A stretch of 55,412 nucleotides of DNA from Vulcanimicrobiota bacterium (GTDB taxonomy: Bacteria > Vulcanimicrobiota > Xenobia > Xenobiales > JADMJV01). The position numbers and the translations under genes were made by a program. Numbering within the stretch: the first letter of the stretch is position 1; every line of letters starts with the position of its first letter. The notes under the pieces are model-generated. The model did no database searches. It had not been told where the DNA came from and worked only from the letters and a program-made list of their open reading frames with translations. Location of the stretch: NCBI GenBank assembly GCA_050250895.1, contig JBFWNU010000006.1:1-55412 (forward strand), read 5' to 3'. Positions 27,138 to 37,103 of the stretch are shown piece by piece.

Positions 27138-28766
27138 GTGACCAGTTCCGAGCCACATGGGGGCGAAAGCGTCCCCCAACGCGAGTTTCGCCTCGACCTG
27201 CTAGCGGCTCTGGCTCTTGGTCTGGCGGTGACCATCTTTTATGCCGTCTGGCCTGCCCACGACACTCGGAATTGGGACGCCCTCACGGCTGCGGGTTGCC
27301 TGGTTTTCTGGGATAGGCTGAGTTGGGCTCAGGTGCTCCACTTCGCCCATCCTCTCGTGTTTCCGGTCACCCGTCTGTTTCAATTTGGGTTGCCGGGACT
27401 CTCGCCTCTGATGGTGGTGACCGTCACCGAGTCGGCCTTTATGGGCCTGTGCGCCAGCCTGCTGTTTGGCGCCGGTCGGGCCAGCGGCGCCGGCCGATGG
27501 TTTGCCTGCTTTCCGGGCCTGATTCTGGCTTTGTCCACCGGCCTGTGGGTGGTCACCACTTCGGGGGAGGAAAAGCCGATGGGGACGGCCATCGCCCTGC
27601 TCTTCACAGTGCTTTATCTCAGCTCGGCCGGGGCCTTCGCCGAGCATTACCCCAGGGTGCCCGAGACCAGGTTGACGGCGCTTTGCCTGGCGGGACTGTT
27701 ATGGTTGGCCCTGATGGCGCACCTGGTGAACGGACTACTTTTTGGCCTGGTGGGACTCACCGCCGGCGTGCGCTGGTTGCAGGGCCAGAAAGAACAACTG
27801 GTGAGCGCCGGCATCATTCTGGGGCTAGGGGTCCCGGCCTCGCTCTTGAGCTACGTCGCCCTGGGGTTGTGGGTGCACCATCAACCCGGTCTGGCCGCTC
27901 TGCCGGCCTGGTTGACCCAGTATCACTACGACACCTACTTTCAACCCGATCAATCGGTGGTGACCGCTCTCACCCAGAGCGGTCTGGGGATCTGGCAGGC
28001 CCTCCTGGGAGAGCCGTTGCCCTCGGCAGGCTGGGCTCTGCTGCTGGTAGCCGTCTGTCTGCTGGTCGAGTTGGTGGCGTTGATCGCGCTGGTCCGACGG
28101 GGACGGCTGGGAGCCGCGGTCGGTTTGGCAGGCTTCCTGGCGGTGTCGTTCGTGAACTCCATGTATTTCGCCGCGCTCATTCCCGAGAGTTGGCTCGAAA
28201 TTATCGTCTTTGCCCTGTTGCCAGCTTCTATGGCTATGGCTTCTCCCAAGGCAGGATTGAATGTGGGCGGGGTATTGGCAGGGCTTTTGGTGTTAGTTTT
28301 CGCCGGGCGTCATCTGCCCGTCATGACGGCCAGCTGGCACGGCCAGAACCACCACCAGAACCTGGCCCGGTTGGTGGCCCGCGAGGCGGACGGGGGCATC
28401 GTCTTGCACAACTATCTCTATCTGCAGCACTATCTGTTGATGGAACAGGGGATCGAGCCCATCCTCTGGGGCAATCTCTATGCGGTCGGCCGGCCCCGAC
28501 TCGAAGTGATGGGCGCCTATCAAACACCTTATCGCTCGGTGTTCTACGACACAAAGGCAACGATCGACAGCGTCAATCTCAAGCTCGAGCAGGGCACACC
28601 GGTGTTCGCACTGGGATTGGAGGTGCCTCAAGAGACGGCCACTCTCCGGTCACTGGCCGAACTGGGCCCTCACAAGACCCTGGTGGTCAGCACCCCTCCA
28701 CGGAATGGTCAGGCGGGCGAAGTCCGCTTTCGCCTATGGAAGGTCTTGCGACTCAAGCCCGGGTAG
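27138..28766 (+). CDS. Multi-pass membrane protein, possibly GT-C glycosyltransferase-like
   Basis: About 10-11 hydrophobic segments, a WD motif and HPL in the first loop, soluble C-terminal domain. Confidence 0.65.
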   Translation: MTSSEPHGGESVPQREFRLDLLAALALGLAVTIFYAVWPAHDTRNWDALTAAGCLVFWDRLSWAQVLHFAHPLVFPVTRLFQFGLPGLSPLMVVTVTESAFMGLCASLLFGAGRASGAGRWFACFPGLILALSTGLWVVTTSGEEKPMGTAIALLFTVLYLSSAGAFAEHYPRVPETRLTALCLAGLLWLALMAHLVNGLLFGLVGLTAGVRWLQGQKEQLVSAGIILGLGVPASLLSYVALGLWVHHQPGLAALPAWLTQYHYDTYFQPDQSVVTALTQSGLGIWQALLGEPLPSAGWALLLVAVCLLVELVALIALVRRGRLGAAVGLAGFLAVSFVNSMYFAALIPESWLEIIVFALLPASMAMASPKAGLNVGGVLAGLLVLVFAGRHLPVMTASWHGQNHHQNLARLVAREADGGIVLHNYLYLQHYLLMEQGIEPILWGNLYAVGRPRLEVMGAYQTPYRSVFYDTKATIDSVNLKLEQGTPVFALGLEVPQETATLRSLAELGPHKTLVVSTPPRNGQAGEVRFRLWKVLRLKPG

Positions 28767-28798
28767 GGATGTCGGCGCCGACCTAGAACAGCGGGGTC

Positions 28799-29713
28799 GT
28801 GCCCCCTTCTCAACAGGTCGAACATCCCCCCCATCCTTGGGACTGGCGTACCATCCTGGTGCTGACCGTCATGCACCTGGGAGCTCTCGCCGCCCCTTTC
28901 GTCTATACTCCCTCAGCCGCGCTGATGGCCCTATCGCTCTATGTGATGAGCGCTCTGGGCATCACCCTTGGCTATCATCGCTTGCTGACCCACCGAAGTT
29001 ATCGCGCCTCACCCTGGCTTGAACGACTGATCGTCCTTATGGGGTCGCTGTCTTTTCAAGCTGGGCCGGCCGCCTGGGTGGCCATTCATCGCTCCCACCA
29101 CGCGCGCAGCGATCGCGAAGGCGATCCTCACAGTCGAGCCGAGGGCTTCTGGTGGTCCCATGTCGGTTGGATGCTTTATCTGACCCCACGTCGCCTCGAC
29201 GACTCCTACACCCGGCGACTGGCTCGCGATATCCTGGCCAATCCTTTCTATGCCTTCCTCGATCGCCATTACTTCAAGCTCTGTCTGGGGACCGGCTGGT
29301 TGCTGTTCATCCTCGGCGGCTGGTCGTGGCTGGTGTGGGGGATGTTCCTGCGGGTGGCCCTGGTCTTTCACGCCACCTGGCTGGTCAATAGCGCGGCCCA
29401 CACCTTCGGCTATCGTAGCTATGCTACCGGAGATCGGTCGACTAACTGTTGGTGGGTGGCTCTGCTGACGATGGGAGAAGGGTGGCACAATAATCATCAC
29501 GCCTTTCCCACCTCGGCCCGGCATGGGTTGCGCTGGTATGAGTTCGACCTGACCTGGCTGGTCATCTCGGGCCTGGAACGGGCCGGACTGGCCTGGGATG
29601 TGAAGCTACCGCGTCTGGAAACGAGCAGGGAGGGCGGGTCGAGCGGGTCGAACCCCGAGCCGTGGCCACCGTTAGATTCACTAACCACCTCAAGCGATTC
29701 TTCCCGGACCTGA
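28799..29713 (+). CDS. Fatty acid (delta-9 type) desaturase
   Basis: His boxes HRLLTH, HRSHH, GEGWHNNHH. Confidence 0.95.
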   Translation: MPPSQQVEHPPHPWDWRTILVLTVMHLGALAAPFVYTPSAALMALSLYVMSALGITLGYHRLLTHRSYRASPWLERLIVLMGSLSFQAGPAAWVAIHRSHHARSDREGDPHSRAEGFWWSHVGWMLYLTPRRLDDSYTRRLARDILANPFYAFLDRHYFKLCLGTGWLLFILGGWSWLVWGMFLRVALVFHATWLVNSAAHTFGYRSYATGDRSTNCWWVALLTMGEGWHNNHHAFPTSARHGLRWYEFDLTWLVISGLERAGLAWDVKLPRLETSREGGSSGSNPEPWPPLDSLTTSSDSSRT

Positions 29714-29934
29714 CCGAGGTCGAAGTGGCCTGTGCCACGGTGGCCGAACTGGTAGCGGGCCTCGACCAGCGTTATCCCGGCCTGGCCGGCTATCTGCTCG
29801 ATGATCGAGGTCGTCTGCGAGGGCACGTCAACGTCTTCGTTGATGGTAGCGTCATTGCCGACCGCGCCAACTTGAGCGATACCCTGACTCCGGCCAGCGA
29901 AGTTCATATCATGCAAGCACTTTCAGGAGGTTAG
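29662..29934 (+). CDS. MoaD/ThiS family ubiquitin-like protein
   Basis: TVAELV..L..RYPGL, HVNVFVDG, C-terminal ALSGG. Confidence 0.92.
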   Translation: MATVRFTNHLKRFFPDLTEVEVACATVAELVAGLDQRYPGLAGYLLDDRGRLRGHVNVFVDGSVIADRANLSDTLTPASEVHIMQALSGG

Positions 29935-31032
29935 ATGCTCTCGAAGACCAGGGACACTCTGTTGCTCGGCACCCGCAAGGGTCTGCTGACCTTCGCTCGC
30001 GAGAACGGCAAGTGGTCGCTTGCCGGCGAGGCCCATCAGGCCATCCCCGTTTCGTACGCCGATGTCGATGCCCGCACCGGCCACTGGTGGGCTTGTCTCG
30101 ACCACGGGCATTGGGGCAACAAGTTGCACCGTTCCAGGGACGAGGGAAAGAGTTGGCAAGAGTTGGCCGCACCCAAGTATCCCGAGGGCGAAGAGATCAA
30201 GGAGGGGGTGCCCGCCAGCCTCTCTTACTTGTGGGTATTTGCCCCCGGGGGCGCTGATCAGCCGGAGCGGGTCTATCTGGGCACCATTCCCGGGGGACTC
30301 TTCTGCAGCGACGATGGGGGAGAGACCTTTGAATTGGTGCGCGGACTGTGGGACCATCCCAGCCGCAAGACCAACTGGTTCGGGGGCGGCTACGACCATC
30401 CGGGAATTCACTCGATCCTGGTGGATCCCGCCGATAGCCGGCGCGTTCTCGTGGGTATCAGTTGCGCCGGCGTTTTCGAGACCACCGATGGGGGCCAGAG
30501 TTGGAACGCTCGCAATCGAGGCCTCAAAGCCGAATTTTTGCCCGACCAGGAGGCCGAGTATGGCCATGACCCTCATCGCCTGGACGTGTGCGGGGCCGAC
30601 TTTCGTGCCATGTGGCAACAGAATCACTGCGGCATCTTTCGCAGCACCGACGGGGCCGTGAGCTGGGAAATGGTGAGCCAGGAGGGGGGACCCGCCCATT
30701 TTGGCTTCGCTCTGGCTGTGCATCCCCAGCGGGGAGACACCGCCTGGGTGGTGCCGGCTCTCAGCGACGAGAAGCGGGTGGCCATCGACCGCAGCCTGTG
30801 TGTTTGCCGCACCGAAGACGGCGGCCGCAGTTGGACCGCGCTCCGCCGGGGTTTGCCCCAGCAGAATTGCTACGACATTGTCTATCGGCATGGCCTGGAC
30901 GGCTGCGGCGAGCGACTGGCTTTCGGGACCACCACTGGTAATCTCTATATTTCGGACGACGGCGGCGAGGGCTGGCAGGCGGTGGCCCACCATCTGCCCC
31001 CGATCTACTCGGTGCGGTTCGCCGACCTGTAA
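29935..31032 (+). CDS. BNR/Asp-box beta-propeller protein
   Basis: LLLGTRKGL and repeated S/T-x-D-G-G-x-S/T-W boxes. Confidence 0.92.
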   Translation: MLSKTRDTLLLGTRKGLLTFARENGKWSLAGEAHQAIPVSYADVDARTGHWWACLDHGHWGNKLHRSRDEGKSWQELAAPKYPEGEEIKEGVPASLSYLWVFAPGGADQPERVYLGTIPGGLFCSDDGGETFELVRGLWDHPSRKTNWFGGGYDHPGIHSILVDPADSRRVLVGISCAGVFETTDGGQSWNARNRGLKAEFLPDQEAEYGHDPHRLDVCGADFRAMWQQNHCGIFRSTDGAVSWEMVSQEGGPAHFGFALAVHPQRGDTAWVVPALSDEKRVAIDRSLCVCRTEDGGRSWTALRRGLPQQNCYDIVYRHGLDGCGERLAFGTTTGNLYISDDGGEGWQAVAHHLPPIYSVRFADL

Positions 31033-31077
31033 CCATGATCACTGAGGCGGGGGCTGCGGCCGGGCTAAACTGAGCCT

Positions 31078-31365
31078 ATGTTAAGAATGCTGCAGAACCT
31101 GTTCCGTTCCAGGACCGCCCCGACCAGTAGAGAGGTCTATCAGGTGCGAGGCCACCTCACCGACCTCACCGGCGGGGTCGTTTTTTTGCGCAGCGAACTG
31201 GAGGGAGTCTTTCTGCTGGTGCCGGCCTCGAGCCCCGAGGAGGCGACCACGAATGCTTACAACTGCTATCGCACGATGCTAGAAACAGCCGGACATCAGG
31301 TCGCCGACAGCACCGTCGACAGCCGCTATCGGATGCACTTGGATGTGCTGGGAACGACGGCCTAG
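31078..31365 (+). CDS. Hypothetical protein (95 aa)
   Basis: ORF fills the gap; TAAACT lies 6 nt before the ATG. Confidence 0.6.
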   Translation: MLRMLQNLFRSRTAPTSREVYQVRGHLTDLTGGVVFLRSELEGVFLLVPASSPEEATTNAYNCYRTMLETAGHQVADSTVDSRYRMHLDVLGTTA

Positions 31366-33389
31366 GGGACCTGGGCTACGTCGCAAAGCCAGAAGTCGGT
31401 CAGATAGATAGCCTGGTCGGCCCCGCTGGCATCGGCCGAGAAGACCTCGGAGGGCGTGCCCGTGTTCGTCGCCCAAGAAAGGCTGTAGACGCGCGAAACG
31501 TCGGGGGCGATTCCGGCCCCGCCCACCACCCGGCCACTGGTCACGACGGTGGTCGTATCAGCGCCCAGGTCGGCCAGAATCACCCGGCCGTTCGAGGACA
31601 CGGCCGAGTGGGTTCCGCCGGCTGAAAGGGCCAGGTTTCCCGAACTGATGCCGCCCAACGAGAGATACGAAGTAAAGACCGGCGCCGTCGGGGTCGAGAT
31701 GTCGAGCTTGCCCATGTAGTAGCCGCTAGCGGTGCGATAGGTTACCGCCAGTTCGTTGGCCGTAGCCCAGCGCATCAGCGCGACACCTTCGCTGGCCGGA
31801 ATGCCGATGTCGAGGGTAGATCCGTAGTTGGTGCCCTCATAAACAGTCAGGGTCGAGGGCGAATAGCCGGTGTTGACCGCCAGCCGAGTCCCATCGGGCG
31901 AAAACGACATGGCGGCCGCGCTGGTGGTGGTGGGCCCGGTCCAGAGCAGAGTGCCGTCCATGGTGATCACCCGCGGCGCTGCCGTGAAGACCGCGCCCCC
32001 CCAATAGGCCACCCTGGTGCCGTCGCGCGAGACGGTAAAGGGTCCGGGTCCGCCGGCCACGCTGCCGACCGGGCCGCCCAGCCGGCGGATGTTCGAGCCG
32101 GTCAGGCTGGCCGCCATCAGATCGTTGGATCCCCCCACCGTGGCGGTGAAGATCACCCACGAGCCGTCGCCCGAGAAGCTGACGTATTTAGAGATTCCGG
32201 TGCAGCCGGTGATGTCGCTCTGGGTTACGACCGGGGTCAGCTCGCTACCGTCAGGATTGGCGATCCAGATAGCGTGCTCACCGTCTTTCTGTGTCCAGAG
32301 CAACATCTGGCCCGGCTCGGCGGTCAGGCCGGCCTGATAAGCCGTGTTCACGCCCGAGGCGGCCGTGGCCACGTTGCCGAACTCATCGGTGACCTCGACC
32401 TCCAGGGTCACCGGGCCGGTCACGTTCTGCGCATGCCAGACCCAGTGCGAGCGGTAGCGTCCCGAGGCCGAGTCCCATTCCATGCGGGTGGGGGTGGCCG
32501 AGGAGAGGACTCCCTGCCCGGCCGTCCAGTTGCAGAAGAGCGCTGCGCCTTCGGGGCTGACGGCCTCGACTAGCAACTCGATGTAACCGCCGTCCGAGAT
32601 CGAAATGTCGAGCCCGGCGGGCAGATGGGTGTCGCTCGGGTCGGGCTGCAACGAAGTGGCCACGATCTGGGGGGCGGTCGTGGCCGGTCCGGCCAGGGCG
32701 GGCAGAGCCAGGCTGGCGGCCTCGAGACGCCCCTGCACCGCCACCCCGGGGTTGGCCTGGTAGGCCCCCTTGGCCAGGGTGACCTCGCCGGTAGGGTTGA
32801 TCGTCAGAGTAAAGGGTTCGGCCAGTTGAGTGGCGGTCTCGAGGGCCACCGGGCTCGAGGTCGGAGGGGTTCCTGTCAGGCTGGCTCCACCGGTCGTGGT
32901 CGCTCCACTGGATACGATCAAGCGGTAGCAGCCGTCAAACAGCGGCAATCCGTTGCTGGTCACCTCTCCGGAGGGAAGGAAGATCAGGGCCGGGTGGGTC
33001 GGGTCTGGCAACAGCAGGTCGTCGACCGGAAAGTTGATGGGCGAAGTCAGAGTGACGGTGGCCGCACTGGGATAGTTGCCCAGGAAGGCGGTAGCCCCAC
33101 TATAATCCCGGCCAAAATCCTGCGACCGAATGACCTGCATCTGATGCTCGCCTCGGACCAGGTAAAAGCCCGAGGCCGCGGCGGCCGGCAGCACGAAGGC
33201 GTGGGGTTCACCGGTCGAGATGGCGGCCAGGCGCAGGCTGCGAAGGTCGTCGGATAAGGCGGTAGCGGCTCCGCCAGCCCCGGCCTGGCCCTGAGTCGGC
33301 TGGAGTGTATAAAGGCAGAGCAGCAGTAGCGAAAACACTACCAGCGAGACCATCAGCTCAAGCAGAGTAAAGGCGCGGTTTCGCTTCAT
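31362..33389 (-). CDS. Large prepilin-type protein with an Ig-like segment and a C-terminal TolB-like beta-propeller
   Basis: KRNRA|FTLLELMV type IV signal; propeller repeats SFSGDG, VSRDG, FSPDG. Confidence 0.85.
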   Translation of the reverse strand: MKRNRAFTLLELMVSLVVFSLLLLCLYTLQPTQGQAGAGGAATALSDDLRSLRLAAISTGEPHAFVLPAAAASGFYLVRGEHQMQVIRSQDFGRDYSGATAFLGNYPSAATVTLTSPINFPVDDLLLPDPTHPALIFLPSGEVTSNGLPLFDGCYRLIVSSGATTTGGASLTGTPPTSSPVALETATQLAEPFTLTINPTGEVTLAKGAYQANPGVAVQGRLEAASLALPALAGPATTAPQIVATSLQPDPSDTHLPAGLDISISDGGYIELLVEAVSPEGAALFCNWTAGQGVLSSATPTRMEWDSASGRYRSHWVWHAQNVTGPVTLEVEVTDEFGNVATAASGVNTAYQAGLTAEPGQMLLWTQKDGEHAIWIANPDGSELTPVVTQSDITGCTGISKYVSFSGDGSWVIFTATVGGSNDLMAASLTGSNIRRLGGPVGSVAGGPGPFTVSRDGTRVAYWGGAVFTAAPRVITMDGTLLWTGPTTTSAAAMSFSPDGTRLAVNTGYSPSTLTVYEGTNYGSTLDIGIPASEGVALMRWATANELAVTYRTASGYYMGKLDISTPTAPVFTSYLSLGGISSGNLALSAGGTHSAVSSNGRVILADLGADTTTVVTSGRVVGGAGIAPDVSRVYSLSWATNTGTPSEVFSADASGADQAIYLTDFWLCDVAQVP

Positions 33390-33880
33390 GAGTTGGCTCC
33401 CAGGTCAAAGATCGAAAGGAAGTGGACGTAGTCGGGATTGGGAGTGGTTGGGCTCGAGCGCAGGGTGGCCGACATGTCGACTTCGGCCTCGAGGGTGCGG
33501 CGCACGCGCCGTTCTCCGGGGGGACCCAGCCCGCCGGTGGACCGGACTTTCAAGATTCGGTGAGGATCAGGCATCAGCGCATAGTCCAACTCTACCATGT
33601 AGCTGCCCACCAGGTTGCCGTCGAGGTCTTGAACCTGCTCGGTGTAGGTAAAGGAACTCGAGAGCAGCGAGGTGGGTGGGGGAAAGGCCCAATCTTTGAG
33701 CAGCTTGACTCTCGCATCTTCCAGGCCAGCTTCGGCCAGAGCCCGGGCGGCGACCTGCTTTTCCATCCAGGCCGCCTGCTGGTAGCGGCTTGCTCCCTGG
33801 CTGGCCACGCCCAGGCCCAACAGAAATAGTAGGCTGATCAACAACAGGGCGGCCACGATTCCGATACCTCGTCTGGTCAC
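33386..33880 (-). CDS. PilX/GspK-like minor pilin
   Basis: RRG|IGIVAALLL (no Glu5), ARALAEAGLEDA, VRSTG; in-frame GTG at 33880. Confidence 0.8.
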   Translation of the reverse strand: MTRRGIGIVAALLLISLLFLLGLGVASQGASRYQQAAWMEKQVAARALAEAGLEDARVKLLKDWAFPPPTSLLSSSFTYTEQVQDLDGNLVGSYMVELDYALMPDPHRILKVRSTGGLGPPGERRVRRTLEAEVDMSATLRSSPTTPNPDYVHFLSIFDLGANS

Positions 33881-34371
33881 AGCAACCTCAACAGGGCCGC
33901 GCCGGAAAACGGTATGACCCGTCCCTCGCCGGGGATGGTCAGAGTCACGTTTACGGCCGTGCCGTTGAGGGTGGCGGCAAAGCCCGCCACCTTGCCCAGG
34001 TCTTCGGCGCGCCCACCGGTGGTGCAAATGAGGTGCTCGTCGATCACCTCATAGCGCACCCGCACCGTGGCCGCTCGCGGGTTCCAGGGGTCGGGGGCCG
34101 AGGCCGGCACCACCCGCGCCGGGTCCTGGCGGTCGATCTTGTCGAACTCTATTACCGAGGCCGTCCCGCTGGCCGGCGAGACCAGCGCCGTCACCTGCTC
34201 GAGGTCGTTGGTGATGCGCCAGACCAGAGCGCTCCCGGTGGTGGTATCCAGGGCTCCCGCCCGCCGCATGGCCTGCCAGTAGCGGTCGGCCAGGCTGGCG
34301 CTGACCACCAGGATGGTGGCCATCAGGCCGACGCTGACGACGACTTCTATAAGCGATAACCCGCGGTTCAT
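33877..34371 (-). CDS. Prepilin-type (PilW/GspJ-like) minor pilin
   Basis: MNRG|LSLIEVVVSV; in-frame ATG at 34371. Confidence 0.8.
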   Translation of the reverse strand: MNRGLSLIEVVVSVGLMATILVVSASLADRYWQAMRRAGALDTTTGSALVWRITNDLEQVTALVSPASGTASVIEFDKIDRQDPARVVPASAPDPWNPRAATVRVRYEVIDEHLICTTGGRAEDLGKVAGFAATLNGTAVNVTLTIPGEGRVIPFSGAALLRLL

Positions 34372-35111
34372 GGCGTCACGTCCATCACCGCTGAAGCCGC
34401 TCGAAGGCTCGCCCCATCGTAGCGGACCACCGCCTCGACCCGGCACTGGCCGGCCGTGCCGGTGCCGGTTTGGAAACGGGCCGTCGCTCCGCTGCGGTCG
34501 ATGGACTGCCAGGACCCGATGCCCCCCATCGAGACGATCTGCCAGTCGACAAAGATGTCCGGCACGGGATTGCCGAATTCGTCGTTGATGGTGGTGGTGA
34601 AGACGGGGGTTTGCCCCGGCCCCACAGGATTGGTAAAGGTGCCGTTGACGGCGGGAGTGATCTGGCGGGGAGTATCGGCCACCAGCGACACCAGCCGGTA
34701 ACGACCGTTGGCTCCCCAGGTCACGGTGATTTCGACGGTGTAAGCCGAGGCCGCCAGCAGGCGTTGTTGACCGGCTGCGTAGCTGCTTTCGAGCTGGCTG
34801 CTGGGGCTAAATAGCTGGCGCGGGGCCGAGCGGGTGCGCACCGAGAACGTCGGGGCGTCGGGGTAGCTCATGGTCTGGTCGGCCAGGCTCGACCAATCGT
34901 CGAAATGGTAAGCCGCTCCCTGGCCGCGGGCCCACTCGTGGATTTCGGTCAGTCGGCGGTGAGCCAACAAAGCCGCTTCCGACCGCTGACCCGCCTGCAC
35001 CTTGCGCTGATAGGTGGTGTGGAAGAGCGCTGTCACCACCGCCAATCCGGTCAGCAGGAAAAAGACGGCGATCACACACTCCACCAGCGACATGCCTGAA
35101 GCTTGCCGCAT
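34368..35111 (-). CDS. Prepilin-type (PilV/GspI-like) minor pilin
   Basis: RQASG|MSLVECVIAV. Confidence 0.8.
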   Translation of the reverse strand: MRQASGMSLVECVIAVFFLLTGLAVVTALFHTTYQRKVQAGQRSEAALLAHRRLTEIHEWARGQGAAYHFDDWSSLADQTMSYPDAPTFSVRTRSAPRQLFSPSSQLESSYAAGQQRLLAASAYTVEITVTWGANGRYRLVSLVADTPRQITPAVNGTFTNPVGPGQTPVFTTTINDEFGNPVPDIFVDWQIVSMGGIGSWQSIDRSGATARFQTGTGTAGQCRVEAVVRYDGASLRAASAVMDVTP

Positions 35112-36187
35112 CAGACGCCGAGTCTCCCCAGCGAGGCATAGAGCGGCAGAAACACCGAGACGATGACGAATCCCACGACCAGAGCGAGAAAGCCCAACAG
35201 CAGGGGTTCGATGACCACTCCTAGAGCCTCGGCCCGATAGTCCACCTCGTCGTCATAGAACCAGGCGGCCCGCAGCATCATGTCGGCCACCGAGGACGAC
35301 TCTTCGCCAACCCGCACCAACTGCCGCAACAGGGCTGGGTAGAGGGCTGGAGCTTCATCCATGCCGGTGGATAGGGTCTCTCCTTCGACGATGCAATCCA
35401 CGATGCGGACCGAATCCTCGGCCAACAGGGCGTTGCCGCTGGCGTGGGCTCCGAGTCTGAGGCTGGTCATCACGTCCAGACCCGACGATAATAGGGTGCC
35501 GACCACGGCGCTAAAACGAGCCGTGGTGCTCATGGTGACCAGCGGCCCCACCACCGGCAGGACCACCACGGCCCGAAAGAGCCTGGCGGCGGATTTTGGT
35601 TGGCGCATGGCGTCGTTCACCAGAAAATAGATGGCCAGCACCGCCGTCAGCGCGAGCAACCAGATGCCCGGATTGCGAACGGCTCCGGTGATGACGAACA
35701 TCACCCGGGTGGGCAGCGGCAGTTCGGCATCCATCTGGCGAAGCACCTCCACGAAGCCCGGCAGCACACTATGAAAAAGGAAGAGGGTGGCGCCGGTGGT
35801 CAAAACCAGCACGAACGTCGGATAGGTGAGGGTGGAACGCACCTTGCGGACCAGGGCAAAGTCCTTTTCGACCCAGCTGGCTAATTTTTCGAGGGACGAG
35901 TCCAGGTCGCCGGTGCGCTCGCCCACCCGCACCATCGTCACATAGACCGGGGAAAAGATGCGGGGAAACAGGGCCAGGCTGGCACTGAAGTTATGGCCCT
36001 GGCTGATGCGCGCGGCGATGACCGAGATGACTTCCATGAAGACGGGGTCCTCGTGCTGGTGGCTCAGGCCGTTGAGAGCATCGAGAATGGGCATGCCGCT
36101 GCGCAACATGGTGGCCAACTGGCGGGTGAAAAAGACTATCACCGAGTGGGGGCATCGCGCGCGTGACATCCAAGAATTGGGCCCCAT
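35111..36187 (-). CDS. pilC: Type II secretion F / PilC family platform protein
   Basis: FFTRQLATMLRSG, VGERTGDL, LTYP, VGEESS, IEP, FLPLY. Start is 36187 or 36169. Confidence 0.92.
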   Translation of the reverse strand: MGPNSWMSRARCPHSVIVFFTRQLATMLRSGMPILDALNGLSHQHEDPVFMEVISVIAARISQGHNFSASLALFPRIFSPVYVTMVRVGERTGDLDSSLEKLASWVEKDFALVRKVRSTLTYPTFVLVLTTGATLFLFHSVLPGFVEVLRQMDAELPLPTRVMFVITGAVRNPGIWLLALTAVLAIYFLVNDAMRQPKSAARLFRAVVVLPVVGPLVTMSTTARFSAVVGTLLSSGLDVMTSLRLGAHASGNALLAEDSVRIVDCIVEGETLSTGMDEAPALYPALLRQLVRVGEESSSVADMMLRAAWFYDDEVDYRAEALGVVIEPLLLGFLALVVGFVIVSVFLPLYASLGRLGV

Positions 36188-36230
36188 GGAGATCAATTCT
36201 GGGGGGGCGACTCGGGTCCTGCGCTCGCTG

Positions 36231-37022
36231 TCAGGCGAACGGCAGCTTTCGGACCGAGACGACCGTCTGGTCTTCCTGTCGCAACTCACTGCCCGGGTCG
36301 TTGTGCTCACGTCGTACGTAACCTAGACCGATGGGGCCGAAACGGGGCGATTCGACGGCGCTGGTCACCCAACCCACCTCTTTGTCTTCCACCATCAGCT
36401 TTCCGGTCAACGGTTTCTCGGCGCTCAAACCGACCAGGCGTCGGTTGACTCTGCCCCGGTGTAGAATGCGAGCCACCACTTCCTGGCCCGGGTAACATCC
36501 CTTGCTCTCGGAATACGAATCTGGGTCGGCCATCTCCAGGAACAACGTTTCTTGGTCATAGTCCTGGCCGTAGCGAGGTGTGCCCTGTTCGATGCGAAGC
36601 AGTTCGAGATTGGCCTCTCCATTTACCAGGTCTCGGGCTTCGGCCTCGGGTAACAGCACGGCGTGCGCCTCGGCCGCCAGGCGGCCGGTGGCAAACGAGT
36701 GCTCTCCCCTGGGCCCCTCCAGGCTGCACAGGACCTGCCAATCCGAGAGCACCTCCATCCTGAGCTTCTCACCGAAGTGAAACTTGTCGAGTTCGGCCAC
36801 AGCCTCTTGCTCGAGTCCGGCCGGCACCTCGATCAGGTGTTCGTCTCCCAGGTTGTGAGCCCACATTTCAACCAGGGGTTTACCTTGTACGCTCAAAAGA
36901 AAGGTGTGCACGGTGGAACCCGCCGGGGTTCTCATGTTGTTGGAGGTGAGACGGTGCAAGAAATCGATTCGGTCGGGGCCCGAGATACGCACGATGCCCC
37001 AGTCTGGCCAGGCGGTGATCAT
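36231..37022 (-). CDS. ygfZ: Folate-binding YgfZ/GcvT family protein
   Basis: ISGPDRIDFL, LRIEQG.P, KGCYPGQE signature. Confidence 0.92.
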   Translation of the reverse strand: MITAWPDWGIVRISGPDRIDFLHRLTSNNMRTPAGSTVHTFLLSVQGKPLVEMWAHNLGDEHLIEVPAGLEQEAVAELDKFHFGEKLRMEVLSDWQVLCSLEGPRGEHSFATGRLAAEAHAVLLPEAEARDLVNGEANLELLRIEQGTPRYGQDYDQETLFLEMADPDSYSESKGCYPGQEVVARILHRGRVNRRLVGLSAEKPLTGKLMVEDKEVGWVTSAVESPRFGPIGLGYVRREHNDPGSELRQEDQTVVSVRKLPFA

Positions 37023-37103
37023 ACCCGTCAATACGCGGCCGGTTGGAGAAATCCTTACAAACCGTTAACACTCCTCGGAGCCCTCGGGTCTAGGTTGGCC
37101 CGT

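Noticed and set aside
27323-28786. 487-aa alternative-frame ORF
   Set aside because: Arg/Gly/Pro-rich off-frame reading; the 27138 frame gives a coherent membrane protein.
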